Source of the DNA: a virus
Taxonomy: Duplodnaviria > Caudoviricetes
Direction: 5' to 3' (one strand)
DNA length: 64,000 nucleotides
Virus record (IMG/VR): IMGVR_UViG_3300029288_000081
Span: 32,001 to 96,000 of that record
Below are positions 1-9,438 of this stretch, one piece after another. The notes beneath the pieces were generated by a model, which ran no database searches, was not told the origin of the DNA, and was given only the letters and a program-made list of their open reading frames with translations. Positions within the stretch are counted from its first letter, which is position 1. Every line of letters starts with the position of its first letter. Made by a program: the position numbers and the translations under genes.

Positions 1-382
1 CATCAACAGCCTCACGGACGTGGCCAAGCGCGCCATCGCCGACGGTCGCATCACCCCGACCGCGGCCGGTCAGCTCGCCGGGCTCAAGCCCGAGGAGCAG
101 AAGGCGGCCCTCGCGGAGCTGCTCGCGGAGGCGGAGGCCACCGGTGAGAAGCCCACCGTCGACAAGGCCAAGGACAAGGTGCGCGCCAAGAAGAACGGCG
201 ACACGGCGACCACGATCGCGCCGAAGCGGCGAGTCCTTCGTCGCGTCATCGAGACCGGCACCGAGGTCCTCTCGGCGGACTTCCTGGCCGGCGTGCGCTT
301 CGCCATCGGAGACCTGAACCCCAAGACCATCAAGGGCCTCACCGCGCTCATGAGCAAGAAGGGCGCGGCGGCGGCGGAGTAG
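1..382 (+). CDS. 5'-truncated protein, C-terminal part of a ParB/Spo0J-like DNA-binding protein
   Basis: Frame open from the window edge; 'AIADGRITPTAAGQLAGLKPEEQKAAL' resembles the ParB post-HTH helices. Confidence 0.45.
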   Translation, partial: INSLTDVAKRAIADGRITPTAAGQLAGLKPEEQKAALAELLAEAEATGEKPTVDKAKDKVRAKKNGDTATTIAPKRRVLRRVIETGTEVLSADFLAGVRFAIGDLNPKTIKGLTALMSKKGAAAAE

Positions 383-385
383 GCC

Positions 386-676
386 ATGTCGGAAGACGCG
401 GAGGAGTGGACGGAGATCGCCCGCAAGTCGCACCTCTCGGTGCAGCCGTCGTACAAGGACAAGTACGACGCCGTCGTTCTCGTCACGGAGATCACCGACG
501 AAGGGTGTGTCCCCGGCCAGGCGCGTGGCCTCAAGTATCGCACGCGCATCCACGTGGACCGCATGTACCGGGATGCTGCGGTGGAGGCTGGGCTTGCAGA
601 CGCGTTCGACGCGCTGATCGCCATGCACCGCCTCTTCGACAAGAGGTTCGAGGAGCGGCTCTCCAAGGTGCAGTGA
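386..676 (+). CDS. hypothetical protein
   Basis: GGAG SD, follows the upstream stop, GC3-rich codons. Confidence 0.7.
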   Translation: MSEDAEEWTEIARKSHLSVQPSYKDKYDAVVLVTEITDEGCVPGQARGLKYRTRIHVDRMYRDAAVEAGLADAFDALIAMHRLFDKRFEERLSKVQ

Positions 677-811
677 CGGCTGACCACACGCGCCGAGCAC
701 GGAAACGGGGAAGTGTGGCGCCGGGAACGACAACCGGCCTGGGGTGCTGAATAACCCTGGATGCCAAGGTCGTGACAGCCGGAGAGACGGCGCTTTTTAC
801 GGAGGTCTCAG

Positions 812-1210
812 ATGCACGTGTTGAACAGCATGAAGATCGTCGCCAAGACGAAGGACGTTCTCGCCGCTCTCATCAAGAACCGGGAGAGGCATCAGAAGAT
901 CGTGGCCGAGGCTCGCGTTGGCTACGCGAAGCGGGCGCGCGAGGCGCTCCTCGAACAGCTCAAGCGGCTGGAGAGCGGCAAGGCCACGATCGTGGTCTTC
1001 TCGCTCACCGCGCCGCAGGACCACACCAAGGTCTACGACACGGCCATCGAGATGATGCGGATGCACACCGGCAAGACGGTGCCTCTCGACTCCGGCCAGG
1101 TCCGCACTCTGATGATGGACGAGTGGGACTGGAAGCGGCACTTCCTGATGGCCAACAGCGCCTACTCCGGCACCGCGGCCGCCGAGTACAGCCCGTCCGA
1201 CGACGAGTAG
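812..1210 (+). CDS. hypothetical phage protein
   Basis: GGAGG SD upstream; typical codon usage. Confidence 0.75.
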   Translation: MHVLNSMKIVAKTKDVLAALIKNRERHQKIVAEARVGYAKRAREALLEQLKRLESGKATIVVFSLTAPQDHTKVYDTAIEMMRMHTGKTVPLDSGQVRTLMMDEWDWKRHFLMANSAYSGTAAAEYSPSDDE

Positions 1211-1218
1211 AGGTAGAG

Positions 1219-1716
1219 ATGATGGACCTCCTGTTCAACGCTGTGCTTCCTCCGGTCTTCCTGGTGCTGATCGCGACGTTCATCTTCGCTGTCGGCTACT
1301 ACCGAGCTGTCGACGTGACGCGACGGGCTGTCGATGCCGAGGTGGACAGGCGCTTGCTTGGAAGGGCGGCGGGCGGCGCAGAGGCAGCAGCGAACGCGGC
1401 AGCGGCGAAGCGCGTGATGGATGCGGAGCCGTTCCCAGAGCCCGACGACGATGTCGACGATGTCGATGTCTGCCTGCGCGTGGGGATGCAGGTCGTCTGC
1501 CGACTGTCCGAGAACTCGCACACGCACGGCGTGCTCCTGGGCTTCACCATGGGAACGAACGCGTCCGGCGGGCCGGACACCGAGGGCCCGATGCTCGCTG
1601 TCGTGGACGTGGGCGCCGCGCACCCGATGCCCATCAACGTCGATCTGGTCGAGCCTCGCGGCGTCGAGCGCGCCGTCGGGTACCGAGAGAACGCGGACCC
1701 GAAGAACTGGAACTGA
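1219..1716 (+). CDS. hypothetical membrane-anchored protein
   Basis: GAGG SD; N-terminal TM segment 'VLPPVFLVLIATFIFAVGYY'. Confidence 0.65.
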   Translation: MMDLLFNAVLPPVFLVLIATFIFAVGYYRAVDVTRRAVDAEVDRRLLGRAAGGAEAAANAAAAKRVMDAEPFPEPDDDVDDVDVCLRVGMQVVCRLSENSHTHGVLLGFTMGTNASGGPDTEGPMLAVVDVGAAHPMPINVDLVEPRGVERAVGYRENADPKNWN

Positions 1717-1717
1717 C

Positions 1718-1990
1718 ATGACCGCGCCGGTCAGAACCATCGTCACATGCGCCCGGTGTAGATCCATTCACCGGATGTCGCTCGGCACCAGCACGCAGGC
1801 CCCCGATGTTCACTGGGTCTGCGACAGGTGTCAGAGAGAAGAACGTGCCCTCTGTCCGATCCACCATGAATCGGTGGAGCGAATGGCCACCTCTGACCTG
1901 ATCGAAGAACTTGTCGGCGGCAACGTGTCGACAGGTCGACGCTCGGCTCTTCGTGCTGAGCTGAACGTGCGCGTCCCGTCGAGGTCCTGA
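1718..1990 (+). CDS. small Cys-rich (Zn-binding) hypothetical protein
   Basis: Two CxxC motifs; TGA/ATG coupling to the helicase. Confidence 0.55.
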   Translation: MTAPVRTIVTCARCRSIHRMSLGTSTQAPDVHWVCDRCQREERALCPIHHESVERMATSDLIEELVGGNVSTGRRSALRAELNVRVPSRS

Positions 1991-4020
1991 TGGCCAAGAA
2001 GGCGGTGGCGGAGTCGCGTCGTCTCAACCCGGAGCAGCAGCTTGTCGCCGACCACCTTCGTGGTCCCTTGCGCGTCGGTGCGGTTGCTGGCTCCGGGAAG
2101 ACGCACGCGTTGATCGAGCGCACGGCCACGCTCGTCGAGGGGCACCGCGTCACGCCGAGCAAGATCCTTCTGATCTCGTTCTCGGTGAACGCGCGCAAGG
2201 AGATGGAGAAGCGCCTGGTGGCGCGCTTGCCTGGCGTGGCGGCCGGTGAGATCTGCCGCACCTTCCACTCCATCGGCCTCGACATCTTCCGAGAGGAGAC
2301 GGACCGGGACAAGCTCTGGCTCGTCGACACCACGGGCCGGCTCTGGCGCAAGTCCATCCGCCTCGCCGCCAAGAAGGTCGGCATCAACCTGGACGCCAAG
2401 CACAGCGAGCTGACCGTCAGGGCAGTCGAGAAGGTCTCCTCGCTCGCCAAGACGCGGATGCTCCTCTCCGACCGCGCGCTGCGCCGGCTGGGCCGTATCG
2501 AGCCCGAGCTGAAGCGCGCCGCGGAGGACGTGGTGGGCCCCGACCTGGCAGATGATGCCCTCGGCATCATGCACGCGGCGGAGGACATCCGAGAGGTCAG
2601 CGGCATCGAAGAGCAGGGCATGTTCCAGCGCTTCGTGACCTTCGACGACATGCTCTACGCGTCCGCGACCCTTCTCCGTAGCCAGGACGTCCGCAAGCGC
2701 TGGGCGCACCGCTGGACGTACGTGATGCAGGACGAGGTGCAGGACGAGAACCCCGTCCAGGGAGAGATCGCCGAGGCGCTCTGCTCTGTCCACCGGAACT
2801 ACATGGTCGTCGGGGACCCAGCGCAGGCCATCTACGGCTTCCGCGCAGCCGACCCCAAGCGGATGCTCCTCTTCCCGTCCACATGGCCTGGGTCGACCAC
2901 GGTGGTGATGGACCGCAACTACCGCTCGGGCATCGAGATCATCGAGACCGCCAACAAGGTCATCGCCAACATGCCGCCCGACACGATCATCGCGCGCTCG
3001 ATGAAGTGCGAGCGGCAGACGCGTGCCCATGTCGCGTGCCATCTCTTCACGGACGAGGCCGTCGAGGCGGCTGCGATCGCGCAGAACATCCGCAGGCACT
3101 TCGACCAGGGGCTGCCCTGGAAGGACCAGGCAATCGTCATCCGGATGAACGCGATGGCCCTCGCGATCGAGGTTGGCCTCGCCACGGCCGCCATCCCCTA
3201 CCGCATCGTGTCCGGCGAGTCGTTCTTCAAGCTCACCGAGGCTGCCGTCATGCTCGGGTACCTCCGTGTGGCTACCGGACGCGCAACCCTCGAAGACGTC
3301 GAGGTGTCGCTGGTCAACCCCAACCGCATGCTCGGTAAGGTCTACTTCGAGCAGCTCGCAGCGGCCAAGGTCGCCAAGCCGGACGAGCCGTGGGCCAGCC
3401 TGGTGCTGATGCCGCAGCTGGGCCGCAAGCAGTACGAGGAGGTCGAGAACTGGGTGAGCCTGATCTCGGAGCTTCATGGACAGGTGAAGCACCAGATGAC
3501 TCCCTACCAGGCGCTGACGTACCTCGTGAAGGAGATCTCCTTGGCAGACTGGCTCCGAGACGGCGACGACGGCGACAACTCGTCCTCGACCAACATCAGC
3601 CAGGTGATGGCCTTCGCCGCGAACTACGACACGGTCGACGGCCTCCTCAGCGCGGTCGACAAGGTGCTCGACAACAAGAAGTCCGCATCGCGCCTCCGGA
3701 ACGTCGTCGAGGTCTCCACCATCCACCGATACAAGGGGCGCGAGGCTTCGGTCGTCTACATGCCCAGCGTCGTCCAGGGGCTGTTCCCCTCGTCCCTGGC
3801 CGACCTGCTCGAAGAGAGGCGCCTCTTCTATGTCGGGGTCACCCGTGCGATGGACGAGCTGTGGGTCTCGTGCTCGGAGTACAAGAGCGACGACACCTCG
3901 AACACGCCGAGCATGTTCCTCGCCGAGGCCGGGCTGAGGCTGGAGCCGGGCTCGACGTACATGCCTGGCCGGAAGATCCAGCCGGTGAAGGTGGGCACGC
4001 AGATGGGGCTGCTGCTGTGA
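1990..4020 (+). CDS. UvrD/PcrA/Rep superfamily 1 DNA helicase
   Basis: LNPEQ Q-motif, AVAGSGKT, QDEVQD, VGDPAQAIYGFRAA, NYRS, STIHRYKGRE, EERRLFYVGVTRA. Confidence 0.95.
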   Translation: MAKKAVAESRRLNPEQQLVADHLRGPLRVGAVAGSGKTHALIERTATLVEGHRVTPSKILLISFSVNARKEMEKRLVARLPGVAAGEICRTFHSIGLDIFREETDRDKLWLVDTTGRLWRKSIRLAAKKVGINLDAKHSELTVRAVEKVSSLAKTRMLLSDRALRRLGRIEPELKRAAEDVVGPDLADDALGIMHAAEDIREVSGIEEQGMFQRFVTFDDMLYASATLLRSQDVRKRWAHRWTYVMQDEVQDENPVQGEIAEALCSVHRNYMVVGDPAQAIYGFRAADPKRMLLFPSTWPGSTTVVMDRNYRSGIEIIETANKVIANMPPDTIIARSMKCERQTRAHVACHLFTDEAVEAAAIAQNIRRHFDQGLPWKDQAIVIRMNAMALAIEVGLATAAIPYRIVSGESFFKLTEAAVMLGYLRVATGRATLEDVEVSLVNPNRMLGKVYFEQLAAAKVAKPDEPWASLVLMPQLGRKQYEEVENWVSLISELHGQVKHQMTPYQALTYLVKEISLADWLRDGDDGDNSSSTNISQVMAFAANYDTVDGLLSAVDKVLDNKKSASRLRNVVEVSTIHRYKGREASVVYMPSVVQGLFPSSLADLLEERRLFYVGVTRAMDELWVSCSEYKSDDTSNTPSMFLAEAGLRLEPGSTYMPGRKIQPVKVGTQMGLLL

Positions 4021-4370
4021 TGCTCGTCTTCTCGATCGCCATGTGGGTGCTGACCCTTGCGCTGTGCGCCTCCTTCTTCTACGGCCTCGGGCACAAGAGA
4101 GCGACGGCACAGGCGCGGCGTGCCGAGGCCATGCGCCGCCTGGGCGCTGAGAGCGAGTGGGAGTTTCGCGAGAGCGGTGAGATCAGACTGCTCGAAACGC
4201 TCATCTACGCTCGCGCGCCCGACGGTACCGAGTACACGTCCGAGGCGTTCAGCCACAAGCCGCAAGGCTGGTTTCGGGTAGACGATGCCGAGGCCGTCAC
4301 CGGAGAGAGCGCCAAGGCGCTCACGCGGCGGCTCATCGCGTTCCGCACGAAGAAGAAGGTGGGTCTATGA
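4020..4370 (+). CDS. hypothetical protein with N-terminal TM
   Basis: TGATG coupling; hydrophobic N-terminus. Confidence 0.6.
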   Translation: MLVFSIAMWVLTLALCASFFYGLGHKRATAQARRAEAMRRLGAESEWEFRESGEIRLLETLIYARAPDGTEYTSEAFSHKPQGWFRVDDAEAVTGESAKALTRRLIAFRTKKKVGL

Positions 4371-4615
4371 CCATCGAGCGCGATGTCGACGGTGACTGCT
4401 GGCGTTGTCCGTTCGCAGAGAAGCACGACTGGGCCAGCGCCGACTGGTCGGGTACCGACATCACGGACTGCATGCTCGGCGCCCCAGACGCGTCCGAGGT
4501 GCCTGGGCACGAAGTTCAGAGGGCTCTGAACTCGCGCTGCGGGGAGCCGCCTTCGTGGTGCAAGCTCCGGGCGAGCGACGTGGTCGTGAAGCTGAGGCTC
4601 AAGCCTCGCGGCTAG
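4367..4615 (+). CDS. small Cys-rich hypothetical protein
   Basis: ATGA overlap; CxxCPF...C...PSWC pattern common in small phage proteins. Confidence 0.6.
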   Translation: MTIERDVDGDCWRCPFAEKHDWASADWSGTDITDCMLGAPDASEVPGHEVQRALNSRCGEPPSWCKLRASDVVVKLRLKPRG

Positions 4616-4756
4616 CCCAGCTTCTTCTCGGCGCGAGCGTCGCGCAGCTCCAGCAACGACGTGGAGCGCAGCTCCTGGATCGACGGGCAGCGCTTGCAGC
4701 GCAGACCGCCGTCGTACTTCCGCAGCGCACACATCCAGCAGCAGCCGACGTAGCGC

Positions 4757-5236
4757 TTACGGCACCTTCTCTTGCGACGAGTCATCGGGGTCCTCCTGCC
4801 GCGCCGCCGCCAGCGGCGCGGACGTGGAGGTGTCACGCACTGGCCCGAGCGTGCCGTCTGCCTGGACCTCGTACCTGAAGCCGCTCGTCTGGTTCTCGTC
4901 GTCGGTGACGACCACGCTCGGGTCGCCCGTGGTTGCGGCAGCCGCGTGCGCGACGATGTCCGAGTAGGGCACGAACGAGTCGCCTGGACGCAACGATCCG
5001 ATCGACCATCCGGCTTCATCCAGGAGTCGCACGGTCGACTCTCCGCGACCCGCCTGCGCCAGCAGCCCGACGAACGTGTACGGCTGCGAGGTGAGGATCT
5101 CCTGGAACGCCTTCTGTCCCGCCTCCTCGTCTTCGATCTCCGAGGCAGCGTACGCGAGCTTGAGCGCGAGCTGCGGGTCCTTCGGGCGGAGAATGGCGAG
5201 CTTGTCACCGTGCTTGATGGCGAACGGGTACTTCAT
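4757..5236 (-). CDS. hypothetical protein
   Basis: AGGAG SD, ATGA overlap with the upstream gene. Confidence 0.6.
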   Translation of the reverse strand: MKYPFAIKHGDKLAILRPKDPQLALKLAYAASEIEDEEAGQKAFQEILTSQPYTFVGLLAQAGRGESTVRLLDEAGWSIGSLRPGDSFVPYSDIVAHAAAATTGDPSVVVTDDENQTSGFRYEVQADGTLGPVRDTSTSAPLAAARQEDPDDSSQEKVP

Positions 5237-5427
5237 GTCACGAACTCCTCGTCGCGCTTGGTGAGGAACGCTTCCTCGATGACCACCGAGTCGTAGTCCC
5301 CATCCTCGCAGGCGACGTCGTACAGGTTGTCCCCCAGCACGAACGCCACGCGACCAACGAACACCGCCTGGGCGCCATCCGCGATGGCCTCGTGCCACAT
5401 CACGCGGTCGCCCACCTGGAACTTCAC
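5233..5427 (-). CDS. small SH3/Tudor-like hypothetical protein
   Basis: GTGA overlap; 'KFQVGDRVMW...YDV' pattern. Confidence 0.5.
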   Translation of the reverse strand: MKFQVGDRVMWHEAIADGAQAVFVGRVAFVLGDNLYDVACEDGDYDSVVIEEAFLTKRDEEFVT

Positions 5428-6200
5428 GCGGCAGCCTTCTGCCGGTACGACCGCGCGACATCCTCGGTGAGGTTCGTGACGGTCACCGAGGTGTCGTTGT
5501 GCATGAGCCCGAAGCCGACGTCGCCGATGGCCATCGTGCCGTCGTCTCGGCGCATCATGTTGCCCGAGTGGATGTCCTCCCAGTCGACGCCGAGGCTGTG
5601 CATCGCGTGGACGCAGGCGCTGACCTCGCCGAGAAGGTGCATCGTCCGGTTGAGGTTCGCCTGGGTGTGCATCTCCTGCACCTCCAGCTCCTCGCGGACG
5701 TAGCTCTTCCACTTGTCGTGCATCGCGCGGTGGTTCGCCCTCGGGAACTTCAGGTCGATGGACGTGTCGCCGTAGAGCACCCACAGGATGTCCACGAGCG
5801 TGATATCCTTCTTCGAGAGCGGGTTGAGGTAGGCGCGATGCACCGCGTACCAGCCCCTGAGCTTCTTCTCGTGCGTCCAGTTCAGCGACCACGTCTGGTA
5901 GATGTCCACGACGTGCTTGTGGTGCTTGCCGCAGAGGAACGCTGAGGCCTGGGCCTCCGTGGGGTCACGGGTGAACTTCAGCACGCTCCTCTTGCCGTTG
6001 AGCAGCTCGACCTCGTACGCCGAGCCGAACGAGCCCTTGCCCAGCCGCTGTGCCGGAGGGTTGTGGATGCCCAGCAGCTCGACCGCCTTGCGGGAGTTCA
6101 GCAGGACATGGCCCAGTGGGTAGTGAGGCTCGCTCAGCACCTGCGTGAGCGTGCCGGGTCCATCGTCGTCGTCGGGCTCTTCGGAGAAGTGGCGGGCCAT
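5424..6200 (-). CDS. protein kinase-like (Ser/Thr) protein
   Basis: LGKGSFGSAY Gly loop, VLKFT catalytic Lys, DIHSGNMM catalytic loop, DVGFG. Confidence 0.85.
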   Translation of the reverse strand: MARHFSEEPDDDDGPGTLTQVLSEPHYPLGHVLLNSRKAVELLGIHNPPAQRLGKGSFGSAYEVELLNGKRSVLKFTRDPTEAQASAFLCGKHHKHVVDIYQTWSLNWTHEKKLRGWYAVHRAYLNPLSKKDITLVDILWVLYGDTSIDLKFPRANHRAMHDKWKSYVREELEVQEMHTQANLNRTMHLLGEVSACVHAMHSLGVDWEDIHSGNMMRRDDGTMAIGDVGFGLMHNDTSVTVTNLTEDVARSYRQKAAA

Positions 6201-6256
6201 GTGTCGGACAGCCTACCCCTTCGCCTTCAACACGCCAAGCGGCTAAGCTAACGGTC

Positions 6257-6709
6257 ATGAGCTACGCACGCGGCCTCGGACAGGCCAAGATGGTTCCGGG
6301 CCAGATCAGCTTCCAGACCCTGCCCGAGGGACGCTCTGGCTTCCCGAGCCTCGACCCGCTCGTGCGGGCCGGCCTGCCGATCGCTCCGTACATCGAGCAT
6401 GGCTCCTGGGCGACGGGGCGGCCGGCGATCATGCGCTACGGGCTCGACCCCTACCGCGGGCTCGCTGGCGACTCCCTCGGGCAGATCCTGACCGGTTCGC
6501 TCTGCGACCCCACGGCGGTCTCAGCGGCCTTCCAGACGCGCCTGCGCGGAGCCCTCAACGCCGGCAGCCAGGCGGCCCTGGTGGGCGGCGCGGTGGCCGG
6601 GGTGGTAGGTGCCCTCTCCGGCAAGCGCAGCCCCATCATCGGGGCCGTGGCGGGCGCGCTGGTGGGTTGGACCGCCAACCTCGTCCTGACGGCCACGCAC
6701 AGAGCGTGA
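6257..6709 (+). CDS. membrane protein with MSYARGLGQ leader (putative virion protein)
   Basis: TAAGCT -10 box 7 nt before ATG; GLGQ and SLGQ motifs; C-terminal Gly-zipper TM segments. Confidence 0.7.
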   Translation: MSYARGLGQAKMVPGQISFQTLPEGRSGFPSLDPLVRAGLPIAPYIEHGSWATGRPAIMRYGLDPYRGLAGDSLGQILTGSLCDPTAVSAAFQTRLRGALNAGSQAALVGGAVAGVVGALSGKRSPIIGAVAGALVGWTANLVLTATHRA

Positions 6710-6734
6710 GCGCCAAGTGCAGAGGGAAGGCGCC

Positions 6735-7148
6735 ATGAGGAAGAACGGTGAGGCGACGGCCCTGCTCGACGCGATCATGAAGGCCGCCCCCAAGCTGCCG
6801 CTGCGCATCAAGGAGGCGCGCTCCTTCGACGGCTACCTCAGAAGCGAGCTTCCCGTGCAGAACGTCTACCCGGCCGACGATGAAGGCGGGGATGAAGGCG
6901 TTGTCCAGGCGCGAGAGTATGGCGACAGCATCGGCACCACGTTCTCGTGGGCCAACTACATCGCGCTGTCCGGCAACGCGCTACCGGCGCTCCTGGAGGT
7001 CGTGAGCGCGGCGCTGGAGTCGACCGACACGAAGGTCCGCGCGAAGGCCGAGGTGGCATCGCGAGAGCTGGTCAAGGTCGTGCAGAAGATCGCCGATGAG
7101 TCGGTCGTTGAGGTTCCTGAGTCAGAAGACGGCGATAGCGGATGGTGA
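6735..7148 (+). CDS. hypothetical protein starting MRKN
   Basis: GGAAGG SD; co-oriented with neighbours. Confidence 0.65.
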   Translation: MRKNGEATALLDAIMKAAPKLPLRIKEARSFDGYLRSELPVQNVYPADDEGGDEGVVQAREYGDSIGTTFSWANYIALSGNALPALLEVVSAALESTDTKVRAKAEVASRELVKVVQKIADESVVEVPESEDGDSGW

Positions 7149-7975
7149 GGCAGCATCAAGCTCTGGCGCAGGTCATCAAGGTTCGCGAAGGCGACCTCTC
7201 GCCCAACACTGGGCTCGCCCCCCTCTACCACGGCTCCGACTTCGAGCTGGACGAGCTGGACGGTGGCAACCCTGGCTACGCGGGCTCGCTCGGCTGGGGC
7301 CTCTACCTCACCACCGATCCAGCGTTCGCGAGGGTCTTCGGCAAGCATGTCTACGAGGTCGAGAGCCCTGTGCCTGACGAGCTGGTCGCCTACATCGAGA
7401 CCGATCTTCATGACTGCGGCGACAGCCTGACCATCGGAACTCCTGGGTCCACGCCGTTCACGTTCGAGATCACCGACCGCAGCACCGGCAAGACGCACCG
7501 CTACTCCGTTCTTGGCAACTGCGACGAGCAGGTGCGCGAAGGGCTTCGCAAGTGGGCCCTCGAAGACTTCAAGGAGACGTCGCAGGAGCTGAAAGACCGT
7601 GTCGCCGCGCTGCCAGCCGCTGCGAAGATTCGCATCGGCAAGGCTGCCGCTGCCGTGCTCGAAGCGATCTCCGAGTCAGAGCGAGTCGACGACATGATCG
7701 ATCTCTTCTTGGAGTCCATGTCCGAGAAGGATGGGGTCGACGACGCAACGCTCGACGGTCAGGTTCGTCCGATCCTCGAAGCGCTCGCAGAGGAGATCGA
7801 GGCGTTCGCCGACGAGAAGATCGCCAAGAGACTGGGCGACGAGATCGACCTCGATGACCTCTCCGCGACCGTCTCCGAGCACGGCTACAGCGCCTTCTTC
7901 ATCTCCGACTACGCGCCAGGCGACGAGTACGTCATCGTCGACAACGAGTACCTGCCGATCCCGGTGACGAAGTAG
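7142..7975 (+). CDS. ADP-ribosyltransferase-like protein (polyvalent-protein ART type)
   Basis: LYHGS...GWGLYLTTDPAFARVFG...VYEV signature, C-terminal DEYVI. Confidence 0.6.
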   Translation: MVRQHQALAQVIKVREGDLSPNTGLAPLYHGSDFELDELDGGNPGYAGSLGWGLYLTTDPAFARVFGKHVYEVESPVPDELVAYIETDLHDCGDSLTIGTPGSTPFTFEITDRSTGKTHRYSVLGNCDEQVREGLRKWALEDFKETSQELKDRVAALPAAAKIRIGKAAAAVLEAISESERVDDMIDLFLESMSEKDGVDDATLDGQVRPILEALAEEIEAFADEKIAKRLGDEIDLDDLSATVSEHGYSAFFISDYAPGDEYVIVDNEYLPIPVTK

Positions 7976-8605
7976 CTACACCCTCTTGTAGACGGCGATC
8001 AGGCGGCGGCGGACGTCCACGCGCTCTGCCGAGTCGTCGGGGAACGGGCCGTCGCAGAAGTGCTCCCCGTGGTCCGTGCCGATGACCGAACGCCCAAGCG
8101 CGCCCGCGATCAGCACCGGGTCGAACACGGCCAGGTGCCAGTCCTCCACGATGTACACGCCTCCGCGCCGGAGCATCGGCCAGCAGATCGCAAACGAGTC
8201 GATCACTGAACCTGCCCCGTGCGCACCGTCGTCGATGATCAGGTCGAACTCGCCGAGCGACCGTGCCGCAGGGTTCGGCATCGGGAGTACCTGACGACGA
8301 ACTCCAGCCCGATCGAGATGCGCCGCAGCTTCGGGGTTGATGTGTCCGAGCGTGATGTCGAGCCCGAGGATCTCTGCCGCCGGCCACAGCTCCCGCCACA
8401 TGGCCAGGCTGCCGCCGCTGTAGATGCCGATCTCCAGCACGCGTCCCGGATCGGCGCGACCGCCGAGCACCTGCTCGTACCCAACCAGCGTCTGCCGATC
8501 CTTCTGATGAACGATGTCGCCCTGCCGTCTCGACGCGGTGTGCAGGTACGAAAGCCTGCTGCCGTCACGCAGCGTCACGGTTCGCGTGAACTTCTCCAGC
8601 TCCAT
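7976..8605 (-). CDS. class I SAM-dependent methyltransferase (sugar O-methyltransferase-like)
   Basis: VLEIGIYSGGSL, GLDI, FDLIIDDGAH, GGVYIVED. Confidence 0.85.
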   Translation of the reverse strand: MELEKFTRTVTLRDGSRLSYLHTASRRQGDIVHQKDRQTLVGYEQVLGGRADPGRVLEIGIYSGGSLAMWRELWPAAEILGLDITLGHINPEAAAHLDRAGVRRQVLPMPNPAARSLGEFDLIIDDGAHGAGSVIDSFAICWPMLRRGGVYIVEDWHLAVFDPVLIAGALGRSVIGTDHGEHFCDGPFPDDSAERVDVRRRLIAVYKRV

Positions 8606-8618
8606 GTGTCTAGCCTCC

Positions 8619-9314
8619 TCAGAACGAGAGATGCGGCTGCGCATCGAACGGGGTAGCGAATCGCTCCTCGCCAGGCAGACCGCCCCACTTCTGAATGTAG
8701 TAGTCGCGGCAGGCACGGAAGCGCACGTGGTGCTGCTCCAGCTCCTTCTGCGAATACTGCTTCATCGTGCCGCTGTTCACGTGGTCGTAACCGCACGGAG
8801 CGATCGCTTCGGTTGCCCCGGCGATCTTCATGCGTCGATGGAAGTCGTTGTCCTCGAAGTACGCCGGCCAAAACATCTCGTCGAAGTATCCGACCTTCTC
8901 GAAGAGCGACAGGCGAACCATGAAGCACGAGAACATCTGGTGCATCGTCGACCGCGCGGGATCTGGAAAGGCGAGGTCTACACCAGTCTCTTCCATCGTC
9001 TTCAGAAGCTGCTCGATGCAATTCGTACCGAGAGAGACGTCGTCGCCGCAGATCAGCAGTCGATCCTCCGGCGTCTTCAGGTTGTCACGCGCAAGAATGT
9101 TCCACGACGGACCCACGCCGAGGTTCTTGCCAGGCCTGACGATCTCGACCGGCCTCGTGTGCAGAGGGTTCTGGTATCCGCCGTCCGCGAGCTTGCCGCC
9201 GTTGTCAACGACGACAATCTGATCCGGCGGAAGCGTGCCGGCGCATGCAGACGCGAGCAGCTCGGCACAGAGGTCGTAACGGTTGAGGGTTGGGACACCC
9301 AGGGTAACGATCAC
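8619..9314 (-). CDS. glycosyltransferase family 2
   Basis: VPTLNR, VVVDNG, NLGVGPSWN, GYFDEMFWPAYFEDNDF. Confidence 0.9.
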   Translation of the reverse strand: MIVTLGVPTLNRYDLCAELLASACAGTLPPDQIVVVDNGGKLADGGYQNPLHTRPVEIVRPGKNLGVGPSWNILARDNLKTPEDRLLICGDDVSLGTNCIEQLLKTMEETGVDLAFPDPARSTMHQMFSCFMVRLSLFEKVGYFDEMFWPAYFEDNDFHRRMKIAGATEAIAPCGYDHVNSGTMKQYSQKELEQHHVRFRACRDYYIQKWGGLPGEERFATPFDAQPHLSF

Positions 9315-9438
9315 GGGCGCTCCCCCTCGTGTCGGATCACCACCGTTGCGAGCCATGCGCGTCGCCCCACTTCGACAGGCTCGTTCTCCCAGTACGCTTC
9401 GATCGTCCTGGCTATCGCAGGCTTGTCCCAGTCGCTCA

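Noticed and set aside
1831-4110. 759-aa minus-strand ORF (also 42120-43676, 45163-46404, 47767-49362, 59954-63286, 37379-39097, 13758-15263)
   Set aside because: Antisense shadows of real high-GC3 genes; no motifs, and each fully overlaps a better-supported CDS on the other strand.
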